Of a stretch of DNA of 64,000 bases, positions 8,593 through 16,657 are shown one piece after another. The notes below the pieces were generated by a model. That model was not told the origin of the DNA. It made no database searches and worked only from the letters and a program-made list of their open reading frames with translations. Within the stretch, counting starts at the first letter, position 1; every line of letters begins with the position of its first letter. The position numbers and the translations under genes are program-made. The DNA comes from Bacillota bacterium (lineage in GTDB: Bacteria; Bacillota; Clostridia; Oscillospirales; Oscillospiraceae), in NCBI GenBank assembly GCA_029007925.1, contig JAQXIT010000103.1:4673-68672 (forward strand), written 5' to 3'.

Positions 8593-8955
8593 ATGAGCGG
8601 ATGCGATCATTGCGGCGGAAGCTGCGGTTCCTGCGGCGGCTGCGGCACCCTGGAGCTGAACGGGGGAGAGATCCTCGTCCTGCGGAAGCTGGGGCAGATC
8701 CCCTTTCTGCCGGTGGCCAGAAAAGCGGAGGATCCCCGGCCGGTCTATCTGGAGGACGGGGACTGCACGGCGGAGGAATACAGCCTGATTCTGGAGTGCC
8801 TGGAAAAGAAGGGACTGATCAGCCTGGATTTTGACACACCCCTGAAGGGCTTCGATCCGGCGGAGTACCGGGCGTATCCCATCCGGGGCAGCTTTGCCCT
8901 GACGGCCCGGGGGCAGCGGGTGCTGGAGCTGCTGGAGATTCAGGGCGCGCAATAG
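8593..8955 (+). CDS. Hypothetical protein, Cys-rich N-terminus, possible winged-helix C-terminus
   Basis: GGAGGG RBS; host-like codon usage; CDHCGGSCGSCGGC; LEKKGLI...LTARG pattern. Confidence 0.75.
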   Translation: MSGCDHCGGSCGSCGGCGTLELNGGEILVLRKLGQIPFLPVARKAEDPRPVYLEDGDCTAEEYSLILECLEKKGLISLDFDTPLKGFDPAEYRAYPIRGSFALTARGQRVLELLEIQGAQ

Positions 8956-8962
8956 GCGAAAA

Positions 8963-8991
8963 CGGCAGGCATCCATTTCGGATGCCTGCCG
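8963..8991. terminator. Hairpin between convergent genes (probable bidirectional terminator)
   Basis: CGGCAGGCATCC-ATTTC-GGATGCCTGCCG, 12 bp stem. Confidence 0.75.
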
Positions 8992-9010
8992 CTTATATGT
9001 AGGAAAACGA

Positions 9011-9934
9011 TCAGATGGTGATGCCGGCCTTGTCAAGAATGGTGGGGACGTTCTTCTCCGCACCGATGGCCATGATGTGGACACCGTCGCACAGATGCTC
9101 GTCCCGGATCCGGGCGATCATTTCGGCGGCCATTTCGATGCCGAGCTGCATGGGCAGGCCCTTGACGCCCTTCTCCTTGCCCTCGGCGGCGGCAGCGGCC
9201 AGACGGTCGATCATGTGCTGGGGCACATCGATGCCGGGCACGTTCTCGTTCATGTACTTGGCCATACCGGCGGACTTCAGGGGGATGATGCCGGCCATGA
9301 TGTGGGTCTTGATGCCCATCATGTCCACCATATCCAGGAATTTCTTGAAGGTGTCCAGATCGAAAATACCCTGGGTCTGGATGTACATGGCGCCGCTTTC
9401 CACTTTCTGACGCAGCTTGTTGATCTGCAGGAAGATAGGCTCGTAGACGGGAGTGACCGCGGCACCCTTGTAGAACTTGGGAGCGCCGCCTGCCAGCTCA
9501 TTGCCGCCGCAGTCGCAGCCGGTCTGCTCCATTTTGGTCAGCATTTTCAGAATGCCAACGGAGTCCAGATCGTAGACGGGCTTGGCATCCTGGCAGTCGC
9601 CCACGATGGGGTGGTCGCCGGTGAGCGCCAGCATGGTGTCGATGCCGAAGCTGGCGGCGGAGAGAATGTCGCCCATGATGGCCATGCGGTTGCGGTCACG
9701 GCCGGTGACCTGCAGGATGGGGTCAATGCCCGCCTGCTTCAGCTTGACGCACAGACCGAGGCCGGAGGCCTTCAGGCTGGCGGACTGCATATCGGTGACG
9801 TTGACGGCATGAACCTTGCCCCGCAGAAGCTCAGCGGCTTCCAGAGGCTCGGAAAAATCAAAACCCTTGGGAGGTGCCATTTCGGCGGTGATGCCGAACT
9901 TACCGGATTCCAGTGCGTCTCTCAGATTACTCAT
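9011..9934 (-). CDS. metF: Methylenetetrahydrofolate reductase MetF
   Basis: EMAPPK, NVTD, GRDRNR, LALTGD, QTQ, GIIP, GVHIM motifs. Confidence 0.93.
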   Translation of the reverse strand: MSNLRDALESGKFGITAEMAPPKGFDFSEPLEAAELLRGKVHAVNVTDMQSASLKASGLGLCVKLKQAGIDPILQVTGRDRNRMAIMGDILSAASFGIDTMLALTGDHPIVGDCQDAKPVYDLDSVGILKMLTKMEQTGCDCGGNELAGGAPKFYKGAAVTPVYEPIFLQINKLRQKVESGAMYIQTQGIFDLDTFKKFLDMVDMMGIKTHIMAGIIPLKSAGMAKYMNENVPGIDVPQHMIDRLAAAAAEGKEKGVKGLPMQLGIEMAAEMIARIRDEHLCDGVHIMAIGAEKNVPTILDKAGITI

Positions 9935-10584
9935 TACTTCTTCCCCCTCAAGCTGATGGTTCTGGGATAGGACACCTTGGAATAGCCCTTGTCCTCACGG
10001 GTCTCGGTCAGCTTTTCCAACTGGCCGGTGGCTTCCAGCCGCTTGTAGATCTTGATCCACGCACAGTCGTTCTCGGGATTGACCTCGCACTTGCCGTTCT
10101 TCTGGCCGCCGCAGGGGCCGTTGACCAAGCTCTTGGCACACTGGGTAATGGGGCAGACGGCACCGGTCTGACCCAGCACGCAATCGCCGCAGAGGTGGCA
10201 GGCTTCTTCCCACACACCGAAGCGGACGGCTTCACCCAGATACATGGTGTTGTTGGAGGGGTAAACGGGAATGTTGCCGGCGTTTTTGGCGACGCACTGG
10301 ACGCCGTCGCCGCAGGACATGGTGATGACGCAGTCAGGCTTAGCCGCGACCAGGGGCTTCATTTTGCCGCGGACGCCCAGACTCATGCAGCAGTAGTCCG
10401 CCACGGTGGTGGCGACGACCTTTTTGCCGGCTTGTTCCAGAACGGTGGTCAGCTCGGCAATCTGAGCTTCGCCGCCGGTTTGGCAGGCGGTGGCACAGCT
10501 TCCGCAGCCGATGATTGCCACAGTTTTGGCATCGCCGACCATTGCCATCACTTCTTCGATGGGTTTCTTTTGAGTAATAATCAT
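9934..10584 (-). CDS. metV: MetV (MTHFR Fe-S/FMN subunit)
   Basis: GCGSCATACQTGG, CGDG, CHLCGDC, CPITQCAKSLVNGPCGG, CEV..CAW; TAATG coupling to metF; AAGGAG before ATG 10584. Confidence 0.92.
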   Translation of the reverse strand: MIITQKKPIEEVMAMVGDAKTVAIIGCGSCATACQTGGEAQIAELTTVLEQAGKKVVATTVADYCCMSLGVRGKMKPLVAAKPDCVITMSCGDGVQCVAKNAGNIPVYPSNNTMYLGEAVRFGVWEEACHLCGDCVLGQTGAVCPITQCAKSLVNGPCGGQKNGKCEVNPENDCAWIKIYKRLEATGQLEKLTETREDKGYSKVSYPRTISLRGKK

Positions 10585-10659
10585 GGTGCGCTTCTCCTTC
10601 CGGTGTTCTAACGGTGGGATTTGCTGTTTTGTGGGATGACCCCACACATTCCATTTTCC

Positions 10660-10687
10660 ATTATAGCAGATTTGTACAGAAAATCAA
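10660..10687 (-). promoter_or_regulatory. sigmaA promoter of metVF
   Basis: TTGATT-16 nt-TATAAT with TGn extension on the minus strand. Confidence 0.6.
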
Positions 10688-10731
10688 CTGCCAACTGAGA
10701 AAAAACAGGGAGAATTGCTGCCGTGGGGCGC

Positions 10732-12015
10732 TCAGCTCTGACCGTTTTCGGAGGGGTTGAGGGTTCTGGCACTGGTGCGTCCTTCGGGACGGATTTCGCC
10801 CACGGCGGTGAGGGAACGCTTGGTCAGGGTGGGGCCTACAAGCTCATATACCAACACTGCGAACAGCACTACGTTCCGGGCCAGCGCACCATCCGGCAGA
10901 GAAGCGGCGGTCAGCGCCATGCCCAGCGCTACGCCGGCCTGAGGGAGCAGGGTGATGCCCAGGTGATCCACAATGGGCTTGGGCTCATGGGTCAGGCGGC
11001 AGCTCAGATTGGCACCGCAATATTTACCGGCGGAGCGCGCCAGAATATAGATCACGCCCACGAGAATGGTAACGGGACTGGCCAGAACCTGAAGATCCAG
11101 TTCTGCGCCGGAGATAACGAAGAACAGAATGTTCAGCGGCGTAGTCCAGCCGTCCACACGGCTCATCAGCTCTTCGGAGGTGGAGCAGATGTTGCAGAAA
11201 ATGGTGCCGGTCATCATGCATACCAGCAGCAGGGAAAATCCGCAGTGAACGGGGCCGATTTGAAACTTCATCATGGAAAGACCCACCGTCAGCATTACGA
11301 AGGCCACGGAGATGGTCATACGCTTGCTGCGGGAGTGGAAGAACTGCTCCACCCAGTTCAGCAGCCAGCCCATGGCGCTGCCCAGTAGCAGGGACAGCAG
11401 AATCTCGATAATGGGCTCCACCACCACGGCCAGAACGCTGACCTGCCCGTTGGAGAGGGCGGTGGCGATACCGAAGGACACGGAGAAAAGCAGCAGACCC
11501 ACCGCATCGTCGATGGCTACCACCAGCAGCAGGAGCCGGGTCAGGGGGCCGTCGGCCTTGTACTGCCGCACCACCATCAGCGTGGCGGCGGGGGCGGTGG
11601 CGGAGGCAATGGCGCCCAGTGTGATGGCGCAGGGCAGGGAAATTATGTGGGGGAAGCACAGGTGCAGCCCGATCAGCACGATGTCCACCAGTACCGTGGT
11701 AATGACGGCCTGCAGGATGCCTACGGTGATGGCGGTGGCGCCGGTGGCCTTGAGCTGGCTCAGCCGGAACTCGTTGCCGATGGTGAAGGCGATAAAGCCC
11801 AGCGCGGTCTGGGTGACGATGCTCAGAGTCTCCACTTGGGCCAGCGAATTGAAGCCCAGGCCGGGAACCTTGAACGCGCCCAGGCAGAAGGGCCCCAGCA
11901 GCAGTCCGGCGATCAGATAAGCCGTAACCGCCGGCAGGTGCAGCAGCTTGGTCAGACGGGAAAGCATCAGTCCGCCGACCAATGCGACGGCAAGACAAAT
12001 CAGGTAGATTTCCAT
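10732..12015 (-). CDS. Cation:proton antiporter (CPA family)
   Basis: About 12 TM segments; ATAPAAT, AIDDA, ARSAGK and PQAGVALG motifs. Confidence 0.9.
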   Translation of the reverse strand: MEIYLICLAVALVGGLMLSRLTKLLHLPAVTAYLIAGLLLGPFCLGAFKVPGLGFNSLAQVETLSIVTQTALGFIAFTIGNEFRLSQLKATGATAITVGILQAVITTVLVDIVLIGLHLCFPHIISLPCAITLGAIASATAPAATLMVVRQYKADGPLTRLLLLVVAIDDAVGLLLFSVSFGIATALSNGQVSVLAVVVEPIIEILLSLLLGSAMGWLLNWVEQFFHSRSKRMTISVAFVMLTVGLSMMKFQIGPVHCGFSLLLVCMMTGTIFCNICSTSEELMSRVDGWTTPLNILFFVISGAELDLQVLASPVTILVGVIYILARSAGKYCGANLSCRLTHEPKPIVDHLGITLLPQAGVALGMALTAASLPDGALARNVVLFAVLVYELVGPTLTKRSLTAVGEIRPEGRTSARTLNPSENGQS

Positions 12016-12152
12016 AGAATTTTCTCCTCTTTTCGGTTGAAAACAATCTCTTTTCGGAAGGTATCATACCACGCCCGTGACCGCTCCGCAAGCGCAAAAC
12101 ACGCCAAATTTTTCCCGGAATCGGCAGGGCATTTGTGCATTTTCGCAAAACG

Positions 12153-12176
12153 AAAGCCCCACGGATGTGGGGCTTT
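12153..12176 (-). terminator. Terminator hairpin after the PAP2 gene
   Basis: AAAGCCCCAC-GGAT-GTGGGGCTTT. Confidence 0.65.
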
Positions 12177-12190
12177 GCTGTCTGAAAATG

Positions 12191-12877
12191 TCAGGCTGTA
12201 CGGCGGGCTTTCCATCGGGGCAGCCAATAGGATTTACCGAACACGATCCCTTCGGCCAGAAGTCCCACCGGTATGGCAGCCAGCACATCCACCGCGGAGT
12301 GCTGCTTGATGAACATGGTGGACAGGCAGATCAGAATGACGGCCACCACCACGAACACCTTTCCTCCTGTTGGGGCGGCCTTTTCCTTCAGCCACACCGA
12401 AGCGATGCCCAGAGAATAGGCCACGTGAAGGGACGGGCAGACGCCGGTGTTGGTGTCCATCGAATAGAGAAACGCCACGCAGTGGGTCAGGAAATTGTCC
12501 CGGGGGAACTCCGCCGGACGCAGATCCTGCCGGCTGGGGAACAGAACGTAGGCAATCATCGCCACAACCTGGGTAATGATGATGTACTTCGACAGATTTT
12601 TGAAGCTGTCCACATTGTACAGCAGGAAAATCAGCAGCGACACCACGATCAGCAGATACCATCCCACATAGGGGATCAGAAAAACCTCGCAGAAGGGGAT
12701 TACGTCGTCCAGCCAGCAGTGGACGACATGGCAGCTTTCCGCCGGAATCAGGTTCTCGGTGAGAAAATACGCGGCAAAATAGGCCACCCAACCAAGCAGG
12801 AGCTTCAGATGGGAAAAACGGGGATCGTTGATCCTGGACAAGCGGAACTCTCTGTAATCCACGACGGGCTGTTTCAT
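12191..12877 (-). CDS. PAP2-superfamily membrane phosphoesterase/phosphotransferase
   Basis: Multi-TM; PSLH and KQHS..D catalytic motifs. Confidence 0.85.
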   Translation of the reverse strand: MKQPVVDYREFRLSRINDPRFSHLKLLLGWVAYFAAYFLTENLIPAESCHVVHCWLDDVIPFCEVFLIPYVGWYLLIVVSLLIFLLYNVDSFKNLSKYIIITQVVAMIAYVLFPSRQDLRPAEFPRDNFLTHCVAFLYSMDTNTGVCPSLHVAYSLGIASVWLKEKAAPTGGKVFVVVAVILICLSTMFIKQHSAVDVLAAIPVGLLAEGIVFGKSYWLPRWKARRTA

Positions 12878-12888
12878 AGGTTCACCTC

Positions 12889-13638
12889 TTATGGAATGTT
12901 GGTGGGGTAGTTCTTCCTGGGAATGTTGCGGTAGGGCACCACGGTGTGCCGGGGGAGGGACAGGGCCATGCCCGTGATCTCGGTCATCAGATAGTCGCAG
13001 ATCCGCCGGCGCTCCTCGTCCATGGGGTTCGCGGCGCAGAAGCGGATGGGTTTGCCCAGATACATTTTCTTCAGCCTGGGGGCGATGTACATGGGAACAA
13101 AGGAAAGTTCCTTACCGGTTTTCCTGTAGTAGAGCTTGGCTGTGTCGATGAATTTATCCTGAAATTGGGTGATAATGTGGTTGTAAGGTTCCCCGTTTTC
13201 CGGGAAGATCACCACGCTGGCGCCTTCTTCCAGACGTTTGACGGTGTTTTTGAAGGTGGAAATGATCCGGGCGTCGTGATAGACGCCGATGGTTTGGGCG
13301 TTGTTGAACACGCACACCGACAGGGGCGCGATGAGGTAGGACAGCAGCTTGTAGAAGGGGCGGGTGAATTTGGGCTTTTCCGACCAGAAATCCTGGTAGG
13401 CATAAGCGGGCACATCCTTCAGGTGCATCATCTGGCCGGCGCACCAGGTATACCGATTCCCCGGGAAATACAGCTCGCAGGCGATGGGGCCGTTCATCTG
13501 GGTGTGGTTGCCCACGATCACGGCGGGCTCCGGCGGCAGATTCTCCGCTCCGACCACTTCGATTTTGGGATAAAACACCTTCACCAGCCATTTGATGACC
13601 CGGTAAAGAGGTGCGGATCTTTCGGCACCGCGGCTCAT
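12889..13638 (-). CDS. PlsC-like lysophospholipid acyltransferase family protein
   Basis: GNH and IFPE motifs; canonical HxxxxD Asp not evident; AAAGGA before ATG 13638. Confidence 0.75.
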   Translation of the reverse strand: MSRGAERSAPLYRVIKWLVKVFYPKIEVVGAENLPPEPAVIVGNHTQMNGPIACELYFPGNRYTWCAGQMMHLKDVPAYAYQDFWSEKPKFTRPFYKLLSYLIAPLSVCVFNNAQTIGVYHDARIISTFKNTVKRLEEGASVVIFPENGEPYNHIITQFQDKFIDTAKLYYRKTGKELSFVPMYIAPRLKKMYLGKPIRFCAANPMDEERRRICDYLMTEITGMALSLPRHTVVPYRNIPRKNYPTNIP

Positions 13639-13716
13639 GTCTATGCGTCCTTTCTGGTTTTTCTCATTTTTGCTGCGTGACAAATTGGAACAAAACAGCA
13701 ACGGTCTGTGAAATAC

Positions 13717-14304
13717 TCAGCCCTTGTAGGTTTTAATGATGTTTTCGGCGATTTCCCGCTTGGAAATCCGCAGATCCATGGCTTGCTTCTCAATGTAGCG
13801 GTGGGATTCTTCCTCGGTCATGCCCAGACATTCGATCAGCACCCATTTGGCCCGGTTGACCATCCGGATCTCCTCGATTTTTTTCTCGATGGAGTCCTGC
13901 CGCTCTTCCATCCGGCGCAGCCGCTCCCGAATGACCCGCAGTACCCGCAGGTTTTGCGCCACGGACTGCATATTGGTGGGCTTGGAAAGGGTCAGAATCC
14001 CTTCGGGAAGCATCTGCTCGGTGATTTCCTCATACACTTCGCTTTTCACCAGCAGCAGAACGGCGGCGCTGCCGCCGCTGCAGGCGTGGATGGCCAGCTT
14101 GGTGCCGGCGCCGTCGGGCAGCGGGGCGTTGATGATGACCAGATCCGTTTCCGAGTCCTGCAGCTTTCTCTGGGCCTCCGCCACACTGGGGACAAAGCGG
14201 ACGGGATAGTAGTCCGTAGGCGGCAGCAGAGGCGCAATGGCGCCGTTGAATTGCTCCGAAGCGGATACGATCAGGACGCTGTAGGTTCTGGCTTGATACA
14301 CCAT
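13717..14304 (-). CDS. ANTAR-domain antiterminator with pseudo-receiver domain
   Basis: C-terminal RAKWVLIE..MTEEESHRYIEKQAMD ANTAR motif after a coiled coil; receiver has N (VIINAPLPD) at the phospho-Asp position; AGGAGG RBS. Confidence 0.92.
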   Translation of the reverse strand: MVYQARTYSVLIVSASEQFNGAIAPLLPPTDYYPVRFVPSVAEAQRKLQDSETDLVIINAPLPDGAGTKLAIHACSGGSAAVLLLVKSEVYEEITEQMLPEGILTLSKPTNMQSVAQNLRVLRVIRERLRRMEERQDSIEKKIEEIRMVNRAKWVLIECLGMTEEESHRYIEKQAMDLRISKREIAENIIKTYKG

Positions 14305-14332
14305 GGGCTTCCCTCCTTGGAACTGAGGTTTC

Positions 14333-15055
14333 CTAGTATGCCACATACATCTGCCGGTAGGGGTTGGCGCTGTCCGGCGTGACCACTGTGTAGGGGCTGT
14401 CCAGCAACGCGGCGGCATCGGCGCCGAACAGACGGGCGTATTTGTTCAGATAGGGTTCGATCTCCGCCAGATCCTCCCGGGAAGCCGGGCGGGCGGAAAC
14501 CTGTTTGGGGAAGAGAATGCTTTCACACTTCGACCGGAGAAACAGCTTGCCGCCGTGCATCCCGGTGCAGGGGAAATTGCTGACGATGGGCTTTCCGTCG
14601 GTGTGGAGTCCTAATACCAGAATGATCCCACCGGCCTGATATTCGCCCAGAAAGCTGCCTGCCCGGCCGCCGATGACGATGACCGGAAGCTTGTTTTCAT
14701 AGGCTTTGACGTGGATGCCGGCGCGGTAGCCCGCGCTGCCTTCCACATAGATTTCTCCGCCCCGCATGGCGTAGCCGGCGGTGTCGCCCACGTCGCCGTG
14801 GATGATGATCTCCCCGGCGTTCATGGTGTCGCCCACGGCGTCCTGGGCATTGCCCATGACCTCCACCCGGGCACCGTTCAGGTAGGCTCCCAGAGCGTTG
14901 CCGGGAATGCCGGTGACCCGGATGCTCCGGTGATCCATGCCTGCGGCGAGAAACCGCTGGCCGCAGCAGCCGGTGAGAAGGACTTCTCCCTCCTGTTGAC
15001 GGATCCATTCATTCAGCGCGGCATGATCTATGCCCGCCGCATCCATATGCACCAT
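14333..15055 (-). CDS. Glutamate synthase GXGXG-domain subunit (GltB3)
   Basis: GQRF, GNALG, GDTMNAG, GYAMRGG, GEYQAGG and GTGMHGG-type beta-helix repeats. Confidence 0.9.
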   Translation of the reverse strand: MVHMDAAGIDHAALNEWIRQQEGEVLLTGCCGQRFLAAGMDHRSIRVTGIPGNALGAYLNGARVEVMGNAQDAVGDTMNAGEIIIHGDVGDTAGYAMRGGEIYVEGSAGYRAGIHVKAYENKLPVIVIGGRAGSFLGEYQAGGIILVLGLHTDGKPIVSNFPCTGMHGGKLFLRSKCESILFPKQVSARPASREDLAEIEPYLNKYARLFGADAAALLDSPYTVVTPDSANPYRQMYVAY

Positions 15056-15151
15056 TCTATCACACCTCCGCGATGATTTCCATAAAAATCTTTGGAAGCT
15101 CCGGAGAAATCGTCTGCCGCTGGGCAGCGGACGATATGTTCCGGGGTTCCC

Positions 15152-16657
15152 TTATTCTCCGGCGGCTTTCAGCCCCAGAATCTCCAGTTCCTTCTCGGTG
15201 AGCCCGATGCCCCGGAGCATGAGGCGGTTGCCGCGGAGGGCTTCGATGGAGTTAATTCCCATACCGCCCATCATTTCCTTGATTTCCCGTTTCCACGCGG
15301 TCAGCAGATTCACCAGCCGGCGGCTGCCTTCCTGGGGATCCAGCCGTGCCACCAGATCGGGGCGTTGGGTGGCGATGCCCCAGTTGCACCTGCCCGTCTG
15401 GCAGGAGCGGCACAGATGGCAGCCCAGCGCCAGCAGGGCGGCGGTACCGATATAGCAGGCGTCGGCGCCCAGAGCGATGGCCTTGACCACGTCGGCAGAG
15501 GAGCGGATGCTGCCGCTGACCACCAGAGATACCTGGTTGCGGATGCCCTCGTCCCGCAGCCGCTGATCCACCGCGGCCAGCGCCATTTCGATGGGGATGC
15601 CCACATTGTCCCGGATCCGGGTGGGCGCCGCGCCGGTGCCGCCCCGGAAGCCGTCGATGGCGATGATGTCCGCGCCGCTTCGGGCCACGCCGCTGGCAAT
15701 GGCCGCGATGTTGTGAACGGAGGCAACCTTGACAATGACGGGTTTGCGGTAGCGGGTGGCTTCCTTCAGGGAATACACGAGCTGCCGCAGATCCTCGATG
15801 GAATAAATATCGTGGTGGGGGGCGGGGGAGATGGCGTCGGAGCCCTCGGGGATCATCCGGGTGCGGGAAATGTCCGCGCCCACCTTGGTTCCCGGCAGAT
15901 GGCCGCCGATACCGGGCTTGGCGCCCTGACCCATCTTGATCTCACTGGCGGCGCCGGCGTTCAGATAGCCCTCGTACACGCCGAAGCGGCCGGAGGCCAC
16001 CTGAACGATGGTATTCTCCCCGTAGGCGTAAAAATCCTCGTGAAGGCCGCCTTCTCCGGTGTTGTAGTAGATGCCCAGCTCCCGGGCGGCTTTGGCCAGG
16101 CTTTCGTGGGCGTTGTAGCTGATGGAGCCGTAGCTCATGGCGGAGAACATCACCGGCATGGAAAGCTCAAGCTGAGGCTCCAGATTGTATTCCAGACGGC
16201 CGGAGGCGTCCCGCCGGAGATCGGACGGCTTCTTTCCCAGAAACACCCGGGTTTCCATAGGCTCCCGCAGAGGGTCGATGGAGGGGTTGGTGACCTGAGA
16301 GGCGTTGATGAGGATCCGGTCCCAGTAGACGGGGAAGGGCTTGGGATTGCCCATAGAGGACAGCAGCACGCCGCCGGTGTTGGCCTGAAGGAAGACCTCT
16401 TTGATGGTGCCGGTGTCCCAGTTGGCGTTCTCCCGGAAAACACAGCCGGATTTGACGATCTTCAGCGACCGGGTGGGGCAGACGGATACGCACCGCTGGC
16501 AGTTGACGCATTTGGTTTCGTCGATGAGGAGCCTGCCGCTTTTTTCGTCGAAGCTGTGGACACCGTTGGCGCACTCCCGGACGCAGATCCGGCAGCCGAT
16601 ACAGCGCGCCTCATTGCGGATGACTTCGAATTCGGGGTAAATGAATCCGATTCCCAT
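15152..16657 (-). CDS. Glutamate synthase FMN-binding subunit (GltB2) with N-terminal 2x[4Fe-4S]
   Basis: MSYGS, NTGEGG, QVASGRFG, GQGAKPGIGGHLP, SPAPHHDIYSIEDL, C-x2-C-x2-C-x4-C; N-terminal ferredoxin motifs. Confidence 0.93.
   Translation of the reverse strand: MGIGFIYPEFEVIRNEARCIGCRICVRECANGVHSFDEKSGRLLIDETKCVNCQRCVSVCPTRSLKIVKSGCVFRENANWDTGTIKEVFLQANTGGVLLSSMGNPKPFPVYWDRILINASQVTNPSIDPLREPMETRVFLGKKPSDLRRDASGRLEYNLEPQLELSMPVMFSAMSYGSISYNAHESLAKAARELGIYYNTGEGGLHEDFYAYGENTIVQVASGRFGVYEGYLNAGAASEIKMGQGAKPGIGGHLPGTKVGADISRTRMIPEGSDAISPAPHHDIYSIEDLRQLVYSLKEATRYRKPVIVKVASVHNIAAIASGVARSGADIIAIDGFRGGTGAAPTRIRDNVGIPIEMALAAVDQRLRDEGIRNQVSLVVSGSIRSSADVVKAIALGADACYIGTAALLALGCHLCRSCQTGRCNWGIATQRPDLVARLDPQEGSRRLVNLLTAWKREIKEMMGGMGINSIEALRGNRLMLRGIGLTEKELEILGLKAAGE

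Noticed and set aside
10585-10659. Possible riboswitch in the metV leader (GTGGG can pair with either of two CCCAC copies)
   Set aside because: Only about 70 nt and no SAM, THF, ZTP or T-box consensus recognised; an Rfam scan would be needed to exclude it fully.
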